NCBI GenBank assembly: GCA_043228905.1
Contig: JBHGNT010000010.1
Location: 744,001 to 808,000, forward strand
Direction of reading: 5' to 3'
Length of the DNA: 64,000 bases
DNA from: Azolla caroliniana
Lineage: Eukaryota > Plantae > Polypodiophyta
Shown here: piece after piece, positions 37,712 through 49,530 of the stretch
How positions within the stretch are numbered: the first letter of the stretch is position 1
Layout of the letters: the number at the start of each line of letters is the position of its first letter
Program-made: the position numbers and the translations under genes
The notes under the pieces: generated by a model
Told to the model about the DNA's origin: nothing
What the model saw: the letters and a program-made list of their open reading frames with translations, nothing else
Database searches by the model: none

Positions 37712-38439
37712 GTACGCACATGGTTTTCTTCGACCAATAGCTTTCATTGGAGCTCAAAGAAGGAGGGATATTTCTCCCATGCTAGAACGGTGGTTCGCAT
37801 CGCGCCGAACCGTGGTGCGAGGCCGCCGAGGCATATTTGCACCATCTCATCATCATCGATATTTACACTTATTGAGACGAGCAAGTCACAAAGCTCCTTG
37901 ATCTTCAAGGTGTATTTCGTCATAGACATGTCCCTTTGTTGAATGTTGTTCAACTCTTGGCAGAGTTGAAGCCTTCTTGCAGTTGTGTTCATCGCGAAAA
38001 TCTTTCGTAGATTTTCCCATGCCTCCTTCGGCGTGTTGGCTTCGCGAATGTAGCCGAGCATGTGATCGTGAACACATGTCACCAAGCAATACATCACGCG
38101 GCTTGCGGCTTGATCCCACGTTGCGTATCCAGGAGCCGTTTCGATGGGTCGGTCTTCGTGCGCTCCTTTGATGTAGCTCCAATAGCCTTGTCCGACAAGG
38201 TATTGGTGCATCTTGTACTCCCAAGATGCGAAGTTGTTTCGATCCAACTTCTCGGTAGGGAGAGCGCTCCCCATTTGAGTATTCATTATGTCGATTCTTC
38301 TTCTTCTTCTTCTTCTTCTCTCTTCGAATGCGAGCTATGTAGCGAAGCTACGATAGTGATGAGCCGGTTCTTGGTCGTCGGCGTAGGACACAGCGCACGC
38401 GGATGGGCTAGATCAAGCTACCAAGTCGCTCTGATACCA

Positions 38440-38826
38440 TATTAAGAATCACGAGATGGATTCTGTGCAACGAAATAGATATGAACTGTGCGTGTGTATG
38501 AAAGAGAGAGAGTGAGAGAGACACAAAGTAAGACACAGAGAATACGCAAGGTAAAGTATATTAACAAAGGAGAAAGACTCAACCTTTTACAAGGTGGGAG
38601 GAGGGTGCTTTATATAGTCACCCTCTCTCTTCATTAACTACAAGACTCATAGAGCATGGGGAATGTGAAAGCTCATAAGTTATGTGTCATAGAATATGAT
38701 TCTATGACTCATACTAAATGCTAGAATACAAGGTGGTGACATAATGGTGACTCTTGACTGTTGGAGTGTCTATTCACTCTCAAGGGGAGTTCACACACTA
38801 GACCAAGTTGAGCTTGATTCTCAACA
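38440..38826 (-). repeat. 5' LTR of Copia A
   Basis: Adjacent to the PBS; direct repeat of 16625..17013. Confidence 0.92.
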
Positions 38827-39989
38827 ATCCCATTGACCTTATGTCATTGATTTAGGCTTTATATGCATAGTATGAAAGAAACCGCCCAATGAGAAACATC
38901 TTGATATTGCCCATTGTTTGATTGTTCAATTGAGACTCGAAGAGGGTCAAGTTTTGTGTCTCACCAGGTGTAGGTTCACATGGGTTCAACATTTTTCCCA
39001 TTAAAGTGGTGTCGACTATGGTAGGTATTTTTCCCCACTCATAGGATGCATCCAAATTTCATCTTTAATTGTTCGACTCTCCCAACTCCTGATATTAATT
39101 GCCTAATGTAAGCAACAATGTTGCTCTTCTAAAACATAAACCTTAATAAAAAGGCAAAACGCAATGTATGGGATTCATGGTTATGGAATAGATTATCATG
39201 TAATCCAAGTAGATTATGATGCAACATCACTCATTAAAATTAGAACAAACAATTTTAAGTAATGAATTATGTTTCCCCTAATTAAACATGAAGCAATCTA
39301 ATGTTCCTTAATAATCATGCTTAATAACGTCAACCATTGTTAAACTATTGAGGGGATCGGTGCGTGATCGGTCATGTGTTATGTGTGGGTCTACATCTGA
39401 GACATTGCATCATGTATTTTGGGAATGTGTTTTCGCTAAAAGGTTTTGGTTTCGAATTCTTAGGCTTCTGGGTCGTAAGTATACCTTGGCTATCTTCATG
39501 TGGGGTGCAGTCTTTTGGGGAATGTTGGATCAACAAACAACCTTTTATCATTGTCAGCATTCTTCTTTGTCTTTACATGTGAGAAGTTTTCAAGTATATG
39601 CTATTTCAAGTTCCTTGCAGGGAATCAAGTTCTTCTCGCAGAGTTATGTTTGACAAATTGTTTCCTCTTTGGGTTTATGGGTTCTTTGGAAAGCTAGGTG
39701 TTCCAAGCTATACAATGATGAAAATACTCATGTTGTAGAACAAGTTAAGTCTTTTTGGGACTTATTAGTACATACGGTTAAAGGTGATTATGACAATTAT
39801 AAGGGATCAGGAAACACAACTAATCGAAAAAGAAGGAGAATTCGAAGAGTTTGGTCATCTATTCCTATCATGTTGGATGCAAAGGCTAATGTCAAGCGGA
39901 ATTACATACCACCTCATTGGTTGTTCCCGCCACCAGCACCGTCCATAGAGCAAACAACATGAAAGAGGATTTCGCTGATAATCAACGAC

Positions 39990-41075
39990 ATGGAGAGATG
40001 GTTGATGTCGATTGAATGAAGCAAGTTTTATTTTTCATTACAATGATTGATGATGGCGGTGGGGATAAAAGCATGTTTCCATGCAGAGAGGATAAGTGTT
40101 GATGGTGCGACGGCTGAAGCATATCATGAGGAGATTTGGAAATTGTTTACACTTAATTTGTTGTTGTTTTTACAGGTCCTTGGTGGTAATCGGTGAGATG
40201 TTTGATGAGGACTGAATGAAGTAGGGTTTTTTCTTTTGAGATAAGGATGAGTGAGAAGCATATTTTCTTGAGGAGCCGCTGTTTGAGGTAGTTGATTGTC
40301 TGTTTTTCATTATGATGAGTGATGGGGGTGTGGGAATTGAAGTATATTTTCATGAGATGAGTAATGATGGTGTGGGAGCTGATGCATATTTTTATGAGTA
40401 CGTTAGAAATTGTTTTTAAACTTAATGGCGAGATGGTTCATGTGGATTGAATGAAGCAAGTTAAGGAGGACTCGAGATGGTGCATGGGATGAGGTTACTA
40501 TAATATCATTTTGTTGTCATAGGTACATCGTTTGGGAGATTGCTATATATAGATATTGTGTTGTTCATTAGGATGAGTAATAATGACGGTAGATATTGAA
40601 GCATATTGTTATGATGAGAGGATGAGTGATGATGGTGTGGAGGCCGAAGCAGTTCATGAGGAGAGGAGGAAATATTCTAGACTCATTTTGTTTGTTATTT
40701 GTACAAGAATTGGGTGATAATTAGCGAGATGGTTGATGTGGACTGAATGAAGAAATTTTTTTTGTGATAAGGATGAATGAAGATGGTGGGGGGGTCGAAG
40801 CCGACTATCATGAGTAGCTGAGGAAACTTTTAGACTAATTTTTTGTTGTTAATACAGGATTTTCGTGGGCATTAGCAAGATGCCAAGATGGTCAGCTCAT
40901 CAAGATGTTGAATGAAGAAAATTTTAGGTTTCTCATTATGATGTGTGTTCATGGTGTGGTGATAGGGATTGAAGCATAATAGTATGATGAGGGGATGAGT
41001 AACGATGGTGTGGGGGCTGAAGCAGATCATGAGGGAGGAGGAAATAGTCTAGATTTATTTCGTTTTTAGTTGTAC
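39990..41075 (+). repeat. Degenerate ~150-bp tandem array (GAGATGGTTGATG / GATGAGTGATGATGGTGTGG modules)
   Basis: Recurrent modules; same family as 51040..51360 plus 56010..56535. Confidence 0.8.
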
Positions 41076-41109
41076 ATGAACTTCATTGCTGAACTTCGTT
41101 TGGAAACAA

Positions 41110-41937
41110 CAATCTGGGTTGGCTATTCAACCAAGACTGGGAGAACAGGGTCTTCTATTCGAATCAAAGACCTATGAAGCAATGATCACTTTCCTTTGAA
41201 ATGTTATAAAGAATCTGACAAATCATCCCTAGATGAATGTATTTTGTTGCTATTGGAACATGCCATGGCCTTAAATGGAACTGTTGATTTACATGTTAAG
41301 GCATCGAATGGACTCCTGGTTGTTGTTGCTCAGTCACCAAAGAAATTTGCAGAAATGTATGTTGGGAGAGTAAGCTGGTTGAGACAATTCGTTGGACATG
41401 TTGATACAAGTACACGAGAGATAATAGGAAGGCTTTTTTACAAGGTTTGAAGAAACTCATGGTGTTGTATGTGCAACTAGATATATTCTGCCGCAATGTA
41501 TGATTGGCATGCCAACATTTCCAATTAACAAGATGAAAAACATACTATCAAGCTTGGTTCACTTGAGAATGTCAGGAAATCCTCTCCTATCAGGAACTGT
41601 AGTGGAAGCAGTTGGTCATATTGGTCTATGGGGCTGTTTACCTCTATTTTTTTATAGTGATGAATAGTATATAGGTGTAGATTCTATCAGCAATAATGAG
41701 GTGGCAGAAGGAAAACTAGTTTTAACATCTGAAATTCAGTTGTTCAATGATGTCATATCTTCAAAAGATTCAAAATCAGTTCAGACAGCAATATTGCGTA
41801 TGGGCATATCTGCCATGGTGGCCCTGAAATGATACTTTTGGAAGCAACGTTGAATGCGATATTTGCATTGAACAGGACTACGGTGGAGGAGGTGTTGTTT
41901 TCTATAGGTGAAGCTATTTGTTTTATATGGGGCGGCC
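41110..41937 (+). pseudogene. ECM29: Intronless fragment of the proteasome adaptor ECM29
   Basis: LGEQGLLFESKTYEAMITFL, LLLEHAMALNGTVDLH..VSWLRQFVGHVDTSTRE, RFEETHGVVCA, EAVGHIGLWGCLP, VEEVLFSIGEAICFIWGG are collinear with plant ECM29 as recalled; frameshifts and stops present. Confidence 0.75.
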
Positions 41938-42090
41938 TTGATTAGCATTGCTTTGATGGACATGTATGGAAAATGTGGTGAAGTGGAGAAAGACAAGGAA
42001 GTATTTGGTGAGCTCACTATCCGTGATCTCGCATGTTGGACCACACTTATTTCAGGATATGCCCACCAAAAACTGGGTGAAGGAATGTTG
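41938..42090 (+). pseudogene. PLS-class PPR fragment fused to the ECM29 fragment
   Basis: ALMDMYGKCGEVEKDKEVFGELTIRDLACWTTLISGYAHQKLGE. Confidence 0.85.
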
Positions 42091-45022
42091 AGCAATATAT
42101 GTGGCAGAGACTCCAGTGATAAAGGCCAAAAATCTTGAGCCCAGTGTTGTTGAGACTGTTAAAGCTGCACGAGTGTTCAATAGTTTTCTAGTTAATTATG
42201 TTGCAATTTTTTTTGTAATACTGGACTTTTTTGTATATTGCCTTTGGCCACTTTATGTTAATACCAATGGAGGTTATTTTTTATGGAAAAAAAAAAACGT
42301 AAGCCATTTCATTGTTATTTTCTCTTTTTTATTATGGTTTAGATTTAATGAAAGTATCCCTTTGTCTTTGAGCTATGAGAAATACCGTTTGTAATATCAA
42401 TGGTACACCATGTAGAAGGGGAGGTTACATTATTTTCCTCATAAAGTTGATAAGACAATAACATGAAACAATAATTTGAGTGAACATTTTACCAAGGAAA
42501 TAAAAATAACAATAATGTATAACGCGTGATGCTAAGACAATCAAACATAATGTTGCATTGTCAAAAGGCTTTGATATTGGCCATGTGGATAGACGAATTC
42601 ATGCATTTGAAACAACACCAATAATAGTAGGAATAATTGCTTTAAGGTATATTATTTTAACTTGTGGAAGGTGGAATGAAATGCGACAAAATTAAGCTAC
42701 TTTACAACCACTAGTTTATCATCATGATAAACCACTTTAATTGCCAATCTTATTGAAGATCATCAAATCCCGATATACATTGACATGTGTCTTGATATTG
42801 ACCCTAAGCTTCTCCACCGACCTAAGCACAAGTTTTGTATTCCACTATATGGATTGAATGATTACATTATAAAGGCATTTTGTTGGAGATAATTGCTAAT
42901 GTTCATTGTTGTAAACTAAAATTATCAAGTATATGAGTAAGTGATTTATTCCAATAATGAGCACGTAATGTATTGTCTCAAGAACTTTTAGCCTTGAGAA
43001 ATATGTGTGGAGGGCATATGAACCAATACAAAAGGCAAATTAGTTCCATCTAACTCGTCATCTCAAACATGACGAAATGTGTGACGAAAGTTTATAGGAT
43101 GGCAAGCAATGTGATGAGATACATAGAGACAATGGTGAGACAGAAAACACGTCAAAACACTAAGCAACCTAGAAATGCCATAACAAACTTAAAGGATATA
43201 CTAGGGTAAGTCGTTTGGATGCATCTTTAGCTGAAGCATGCTAGAAATCTAGGAGCCATTGTGACTCGTAACTCCAAAAGGTGGGTGAGGGAACCAAGAT
43301 CATCAACACAAGGGGGGAAGCATGATGAACCCTTGAATTAGATGGAGGCAATATTGTTATCTATCGAAACAATTTGTCAAGCACTTGAACAGGAATATTC
43401 AAAGTGCATGTGGGATTTTTTGTGGAGCATAGTTTTGAACTATGTAATAAAATGTTATTTGGTGAAATAATTAGTTTTGGAAATGGGGCAACTAGAGAGA
43501 TAAAAATGAGTTTTAGAGTGGTAAGGTAATAGCTTAGAAAAATGAAAGAAAGCTAGAGAGATAATAAAAAAGAATTTTAGAGAGATGAAAATGGGGTAAA
43601 GAACTATAAGAGGGGTTGGCTAAATGGAAAGGGTAAGAGAAATTTGGGGTTTTGTGAAAGAAAAGGTGTTACAAAGATAAAAAATAAAAAAAATTTGAAA
43701 ATGGATTTGCAAGATGGGAAGAGCTTTAGAGAGGTCAATAAGGGTTCAAGACATAAAAATATATATCATTGTCTATCCATCCCGCGAGTTTCTTGGAGTG
43801 TGGAAAAACAATTTAAATTTCCTATGTATTCGTTAGGTGTTAGTCTATCATGCAACACTTATTTGGTTCTTTGTGGTGTGGATATTTGTCTTCATTCAAT
43901 TAGTTTATTTAATTTTGGTTTCTCTTGTTGATTATATATCAATTTTTCGAAGTTTGGGTTGTTCACATGAGATGTAAATTATATCCCTAAAAGAATGCCC
44001 TAGTGAAATGGCATGCATTATCAATTATAAATGCAATAACAAGCCAAGAAAATATTGGGAGATGCAATGAGAAACTAAAAATACATAAAACATCGCGTCT
44101 TGCTCGAATCATACATATTTGTTTGCAATCATATTTCTCAAACATGATCTCCTCCTTTCACCTATCATATGATGTCACAATCTTGTATTGATACATACTA
44201 AGAAAACTAATGAAATAATAACGGAAATAGTGTATCAAGGACATGTAACCACATTGATCATCTCCAATCAAAGGACAAGTTACAAACACAAATGCCCATA
44301 GTGTCCCACGCAATCAAATATGGACTTATGATATACCTTAGAAGTTAGCAATTTGACAAATCCAAAGTACAAGAGCTTTGCCTTAGTGACATGATATCAA
44401 CAACATTGTTAAATATCATATTGAAGGAGCAACTAATCCTCTTCGCAGTGTAAACTCCTCTCCTTGGGCTCCCAAACCAACAAATTTCCTAGGTCCAAAT
44501 GGGTTTGTTCCAAGTCCTAGGTAATTAGTTTATTGCTTATCCTACCTTTAAAACTATTAGAATTAGTTTTTGGAATTGGTTTATAAGGCTATGCCTATGA
44601 CACATTATAAATTTATAAGCGCTCTTATTTCCAGTGCCATGGTAGAAATGTGGGCATGAAAAGCATTAGTTCCACAACATCAATAACCGATACAAAGGTT
44701 GATCATTTGGGAGGGCACATTGCAAGGAGCCCAATGGCGGAAATGCAATTTATATCTTTCAAAAGAGGCAAATGACTCTTTACATAAGTTTTAAATACAC
44801 ATATTTACATGACATGGCATACTTTATGTTATTCGTAGTTTTAATCAATGGCATACAATTGAAAATCGCAAAAGCTATATTATCATGTGGCCTAAACACA
44901 TCATACAATAAACTTTTTCTTTTGTACATCTTACCTATTTATCCTATCTCCAACCATCGTTTATGAGAATAGATTAACTTATGGAGTATTGAGAAGACTT
45001 GCCAATAAAAAGGTACAAAATA

Positions 45023-45343
45023 CACATGAAAATCACTGAGAAGGGATTTGAGAGAGCAATCCTAGTCAAAAACATGCTTGTGGATACATATGGCAAATGT
45101 GGTAGCATCAAAGAAGCACAAAATATTTTCAATGCTCTATCTACAAGGGACATTGCATCTTGGACTGCAATGATAAAAGGGTTTGGAATAAACCACGATG
45201 GATATATGGTTGTCCAATGTTTCAAATGTATGTTGAAATCAAGTCTAAAACCTGATGCAACCATTGTCCACATTCACATGCAATATTCATTGTAATAGTG
45301 GACTATTTTAATACCAATGGAGGATATTTGTTATGGAAAAAAA
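45023..45343 (+). pseudogene. Retroposed PPR fragment with LINE 3' tail, flanked by a 16-bp TSD
   Basis: NMLVDTYGKCGSIKEAQNIFNALSTRDIASWTAMIKGFG; tail AATACCAATGGAGGATATTTGTTATGG(A)7; perfect TSD AAAAAGGTACAAAATA at 45007..45022 and 45339..45354. Confidence 0.88.
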
Positions 45344-46382
45344 GGTACAAAATAACCTTTATCTTTTGGTAATCGTCATTTGATGGTTTTCGCATGGGAA
45401 TCTCCTCCAATGTCCATTCATCATTCGTGGATAACCTATAAAACTTTTGTATTTGAAAATGTTATGAAGACATGTCATAGATGGGACATTTTCCAAACTA
45501 ATGCTTTTGTTCCACGGATGTGGCGGTCTAAACGTTAGCCCCAAAGATTCCACCAACTTTCAACGTTGGCCTTGAAGATAGAGATACAAGTTGAGTACAA
45601 GAGTGTTAGAGGTCTTCATGCCACTATGATATGAAAGATACATGGTTAGACAATCAATAGTGATACATGTGATGAATTTGATTATGTTTAGTTTTCCATG
45701 GTTCTTCAATTAAACCACTTGGTATTCTCCATGTATTGGCATCGAAACGTTTGTTAAAATTGTCCATAACTTCATAAATGTTATGTTATTTTCTTCATCT
45801 TCATTTTGTGGTAGAATCACACTAAAATTTCAAAACATACACAAGTTATAGCACACATAGATCTATAACTATCTCAAGTATCCTTAGTCATTGTTGTTAT
45901 CTTCGTTAATATCCCAATAAGTGGTAAATCACTATAAGAATATAAAAATATCAACAAATGAAATTTAAGTTCAATGATTTTGATTGAGTCTTGTAATTCA
46001 ATCTCCAATTTTTTGGGGGCTAATTGTGTATGTTCCCCCAAGATTATATAAAGGAATCCCAAGTATACGATCCATTTAAGAGAATCTTGACGCGCCATAC
46101 TTATATTAACTTAAGAAATAGAACATGTCAAAAGGAAAACAATGTATAAGAATGACACAACACAAAACCATTTATTTTTAATCTCCCAAACCTATGGTTC
46201 ACTCCTAGGTGGCTCACATCGGGGAGTGTTTGCACCACAAGGTTTTGTGTTGGCGGTGAATGGTAACCTAAAAAGACGTGGAGTTCCTAGCTTTTTCATT
46301 GTATCTTTGTACAAACGTATATAGTCTAGGTTCTTTATTTCCCTTCTCTTCTTGTTGATGAAAAGAGAACCTAAAAAGATGT

Positions 46383-47497
46383 TCATGAGAGGTAGGGGAA
46401 CACCAGACAAGATCGAGGGCTCTGAATTGCTAGACATTGAGACACCAACACAGAATAACACAATTCGAGTACTCGCGTATACTGGTCATAAATGGATTGT
46501 AGATCCTGATCCGATCAAAGTACAACCCGATTGGCACATATGTACTCATGAAAACACCTGGTTATGTAAGGTCAGTTGGGAATCTTTGCAATGGACATGG
46601 CGTGATCCTTACGCAAGGCAAGGAAGCAAACCCATCCCTTTCTTCCAATTCACAACTAGATTGGGTCGCCACATTCTAGCTGCTCAAACCACCCGAGAGC
46701 CCGTTGTTGCGAAGGTCTAGCACACATTTCAAGTTCCTCCCCACAATTATCATCGAGTTTTGGCAGAAAATCTGGAAATAACAACACACGAGGCGAATTA
46801 CCGCGTTCCAATGGCGATTAATACATAAGTCCCTACTAGTGGGAGCATGGCAACGTGGGAACCTTAGCTCTCCTAATTGTGTAGAGTGCCCAGATGCAGT
46901 AGAATCAATACGACACGCTCTGTGGGACTGCCCAGCATCCCGTCGAATATGGCGGGGGGTTGGCCGCTTGTTGCAATTATGTCAGGTGCAAGGCTCAATC
47001 AAGTGGGGAAATATATGTTGACTATCATGGCAAACCCCAGTTGGCAGATATGAGCATCAGTTGGAGGGGATGACTTCGGTGATAAAAGCACAAGAGGTTT
47101 TTTTCTCCACCAACTACAATGTCCACTCAACTCCTCTTAATGACAAATCTCAAGTTGTGTTGGAATTGGTCAACCCAATAACTCTTTGGATTCTATGGAA
47201 ACAACGGTGTATACGGGTCTTTTCCAACCAAACCGCACATCCAACAAGGTTACTGCAAGAGATATGGAGTGAAATTGTAGCCACTCTAAAGAGCCAATAT
47301 GATGGCCTCAATGGCGGCTCCGATGGAGTTGAAAGACAACAAATAACCTTCATCCAACAATGGTCGCCCTGTCCCTTTCTTGAGTCAGTGAGCATCCATA
47401 TACGATGGAACTATTGTGTCCCTACAGGGATTCATACATAATCATCTCATTTGTAAAATTTTATAACTAATGGAAGGAGTCTTTTTTGGAAAAAAAA
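46383..47497 (+). mobile_element. 5'-truncated L1-like LINE (ORF2 C-terminus)
   Basis: FWQKIWK, CVECPDAVESIRHALWDC, LWILWKQRC; tail TAACTAATGGAAGG...TTGG(A)n; TSD AGAACCTAAAAA(G/T)ATGT at 46366..46382 / 47498..47514. Confidence 0.85.
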
Positions 47498-47596
47498 AGA
47501 ACCTAAAAATATGTGAAGTTCCTAGAGTTTTCATTGTGCCTTTGTACAAACTTATTTAGTCTAGGTGCTTTATTTCCCTTCTCTTCTTGTTGATGC

Positions 47597-48138
47597 AAAG
47601 ATATGGCACACATATCATGTTCCTCATACAATTATCACTAAATTTTGGCAAAACATTTGGAAGCAACAACATTCTAGGCGAATTACCACGTTCCAATGGC
47701 TACCGGTTGGAGTGTGGCAACGTGGGAACCTTAGCTCTCCTAATTGTGTAGCATGCCCAAGTGCAACAAAATCAATCCGACACACTCTGTGGAACTGCCC
47801 ATAATATGGCAGGGGGGTTGACCATTTATTGCAATTATGCCAAGTGCAAGGCACAATCAAGTGGGGAAATGTATGTTGATTAGCAAGAGATATGGAGTGA
47901 AGTTGTAGCCACTCTAAAGAGCCAATATGATGGCCCCACAGGTGGATCTGATGGAGTTGAAAGACAACGATTAGCCTTCATCCAACAATGGTCGTTTTCT
48001 CCCTTTCTTGATTAAGTGGGCATCCACATATGATAGAACTATTGTGTCCCTACAAGGGATATGTATATAACACTCTCATCTGTAAATTTTTATAACTAAT
48101 GGAAGAAGTTTGTTTTGAAAGAAGAAGAAGAAGAAGCT
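47597..48138 (+). mobile_element. Second, internally deleted copy of the same LINE 3' end
   Basis: Homologous to 46720..47490 with deletions; tail TAACTAATGGAAG...TTTTG(AAG)n. Confidence 0.8.
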
Positions 48139-48783
48139 ACTTCCTATTTTTGACAATCCTTGAGAATGCCATAAATGTTTTTATTTGTTTCCAAAAGAAA
48201 TACTACATTAGTATTAAGAAAATACCCTAAGTTGTACATAGGTAATTACCCTTGTTTTCTAATCAAGGTTAATTCCTAGTTATCAACTTAAATAAATATT
48301 TTGGTGTAGAGTAAAACCACTCCACCTTGTCGTCGCATGTTACCTTTTATGGTATCCAAAGGACCTTTGAGATTATGCACAATCTCTACCCAAATTCTAG
48401 TAATTATCAGAGAAAATTTTATTATTGACTAAAAAAATAAAGATCTAGAGATTATTGAAAAAAATCTTTCTTTTTTAAATAGTCCAAAATGTTAAGCTAA
48501 ATTTTGCTTAGATCATATGTCTCAAATAATCAATCTTAAATTTATATTTTTAAGCTACATATCTCAATATTAATGTTGTCAAGCCATTACTAGAGCAAAT
48601 TCTTTTCTTAATCCACAAATAGAGATTGATAAACCTGAAATATGACAATTGGTAAGTAGTATTAATATTAATGTTGCTACATATCTCAATATTAATGTTG
48701 TCAAGCCATTATAGAGCAAATTCTTTTCTTAATCCACAAATAGAGCTTGATAAACCTAAAATTTGACAATTGGTAAGTAATAT

Positions 48784-49162
48784 TAACAATCGGCAACTAT
48801 TCGGTTTGAACCAAACCGAACTGCAAAACCGCGGCTTAACGGTTTAAACGGTTTTTTACTTTTTTATTTTTATTTTATTTTTAAAATTTGTAAAAAAAAA
48901 ATTAAAATTGTTTTTAAACAATATTTTCATTTTTAGACCTTATTCTCACATTTTAGGAACATCTTTAATTTTTTTTTAAAAATTAAAAAATTAAAAAATT
49001 AAAATTTGACCTAAATTGAAAACCGAAACCAAACCATGAAACCGCGGTTTTAACGATTTTGTGGTTCGGTTCAATTCAGGTTCCAAAAAATTTTAACGGT
49101 TTGGTTCCAAACCGGTTCAGTTTTGACCCTCTCGAACCAAACCAAACCGTTGTCAATTGTTA
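48784..49162. mobile_element. Non-autonomous hAT-type DNA transposon (MITE)
   Basis: TIR TAACAATCGGCAAC / GTTGTCAATTGTTA; 8-bp TSD AGTAATAT/AGTAGTAT; subterminal AAACCG/CGGTTT repeats; AT-rich core. Confidence 0.82.
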
Positions 49163-49167
49163 AGTAG

Positions 49168-49530
49168 TATCACAATTTGGTATATTTGGAAGGCTCGATG
49201 TTTAAAGGTATTTCAAAACGCCCAAATAATTTATGGGATTTGGGCAGAGATTGTGCATAATCTTAGATGTTATGTACATAATAATAAAAGGTAAATGCAA
49301 CACATGGAGCTCAAACGATAGGAGTTTCATGCCACCTAGCAGAAAGGCATATTTTATAGACGGATTTATGATAAAGTGGACTAGTTCTACTCTACACCGA
49401 AGTATTTATTTAAGCCCACGGTTAGAATTTAGAAAAGGGGCTCATTATAGAAAGATACATCTTGTATGTACAACCTTAGGGGTTTTCTTAATACTAATGT
49501 AATTTTTTTTTGGGAAAAATAAAAATAAAA
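49168..49530 (+). mobile_element. Short L1-like LINE 3' fragment
   Basis: ITIWYIWKARCLKVFQN..IWAEIVHNLR; tail TAATACTAATG...TTTTGGGAAAAATAAAAA. Confidence 0.7.

Larger units (their letters stand above)
16625..38826 (-). mobile_element. Ty1/Copia LTR retrotransposon A, outermost element of the nest, disrupted
   Basis: LTRs at 16625..17013 and 38440..38826; TSD ATGCC/ATCCC; PBS TGGTATCAGAGC (tRNA-iMet) 38428..38439; PPT next to 17013. Gag 38286..37712; zinc knuckle CGYCGKLGHHEEEC and protease WFVDSGAS 37225..36416; integrase start HSDVCGP to 36091; RT end/RNaseH 18780..18146 (FHARTKHI...ADIFTKAL). Confidence 0.92.
39339..42295 (+). mobile_element. 5'-truncated L1-like LINE with tandem-repeat 3' UTR and captured ECM29 and PPR fragments
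   Basis: zf-RVT CVMC..ETLHHVFWEC, WVLWKARC, WLFPPP (39348..39962); repeats ~39990..41075; gene fragments; tail AATACCAATGGAGG...TATGG(A)11; candidate TSD AACGTCAACCATT / AACGTAAGCCATT (11/13). Confidence 0.72.
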
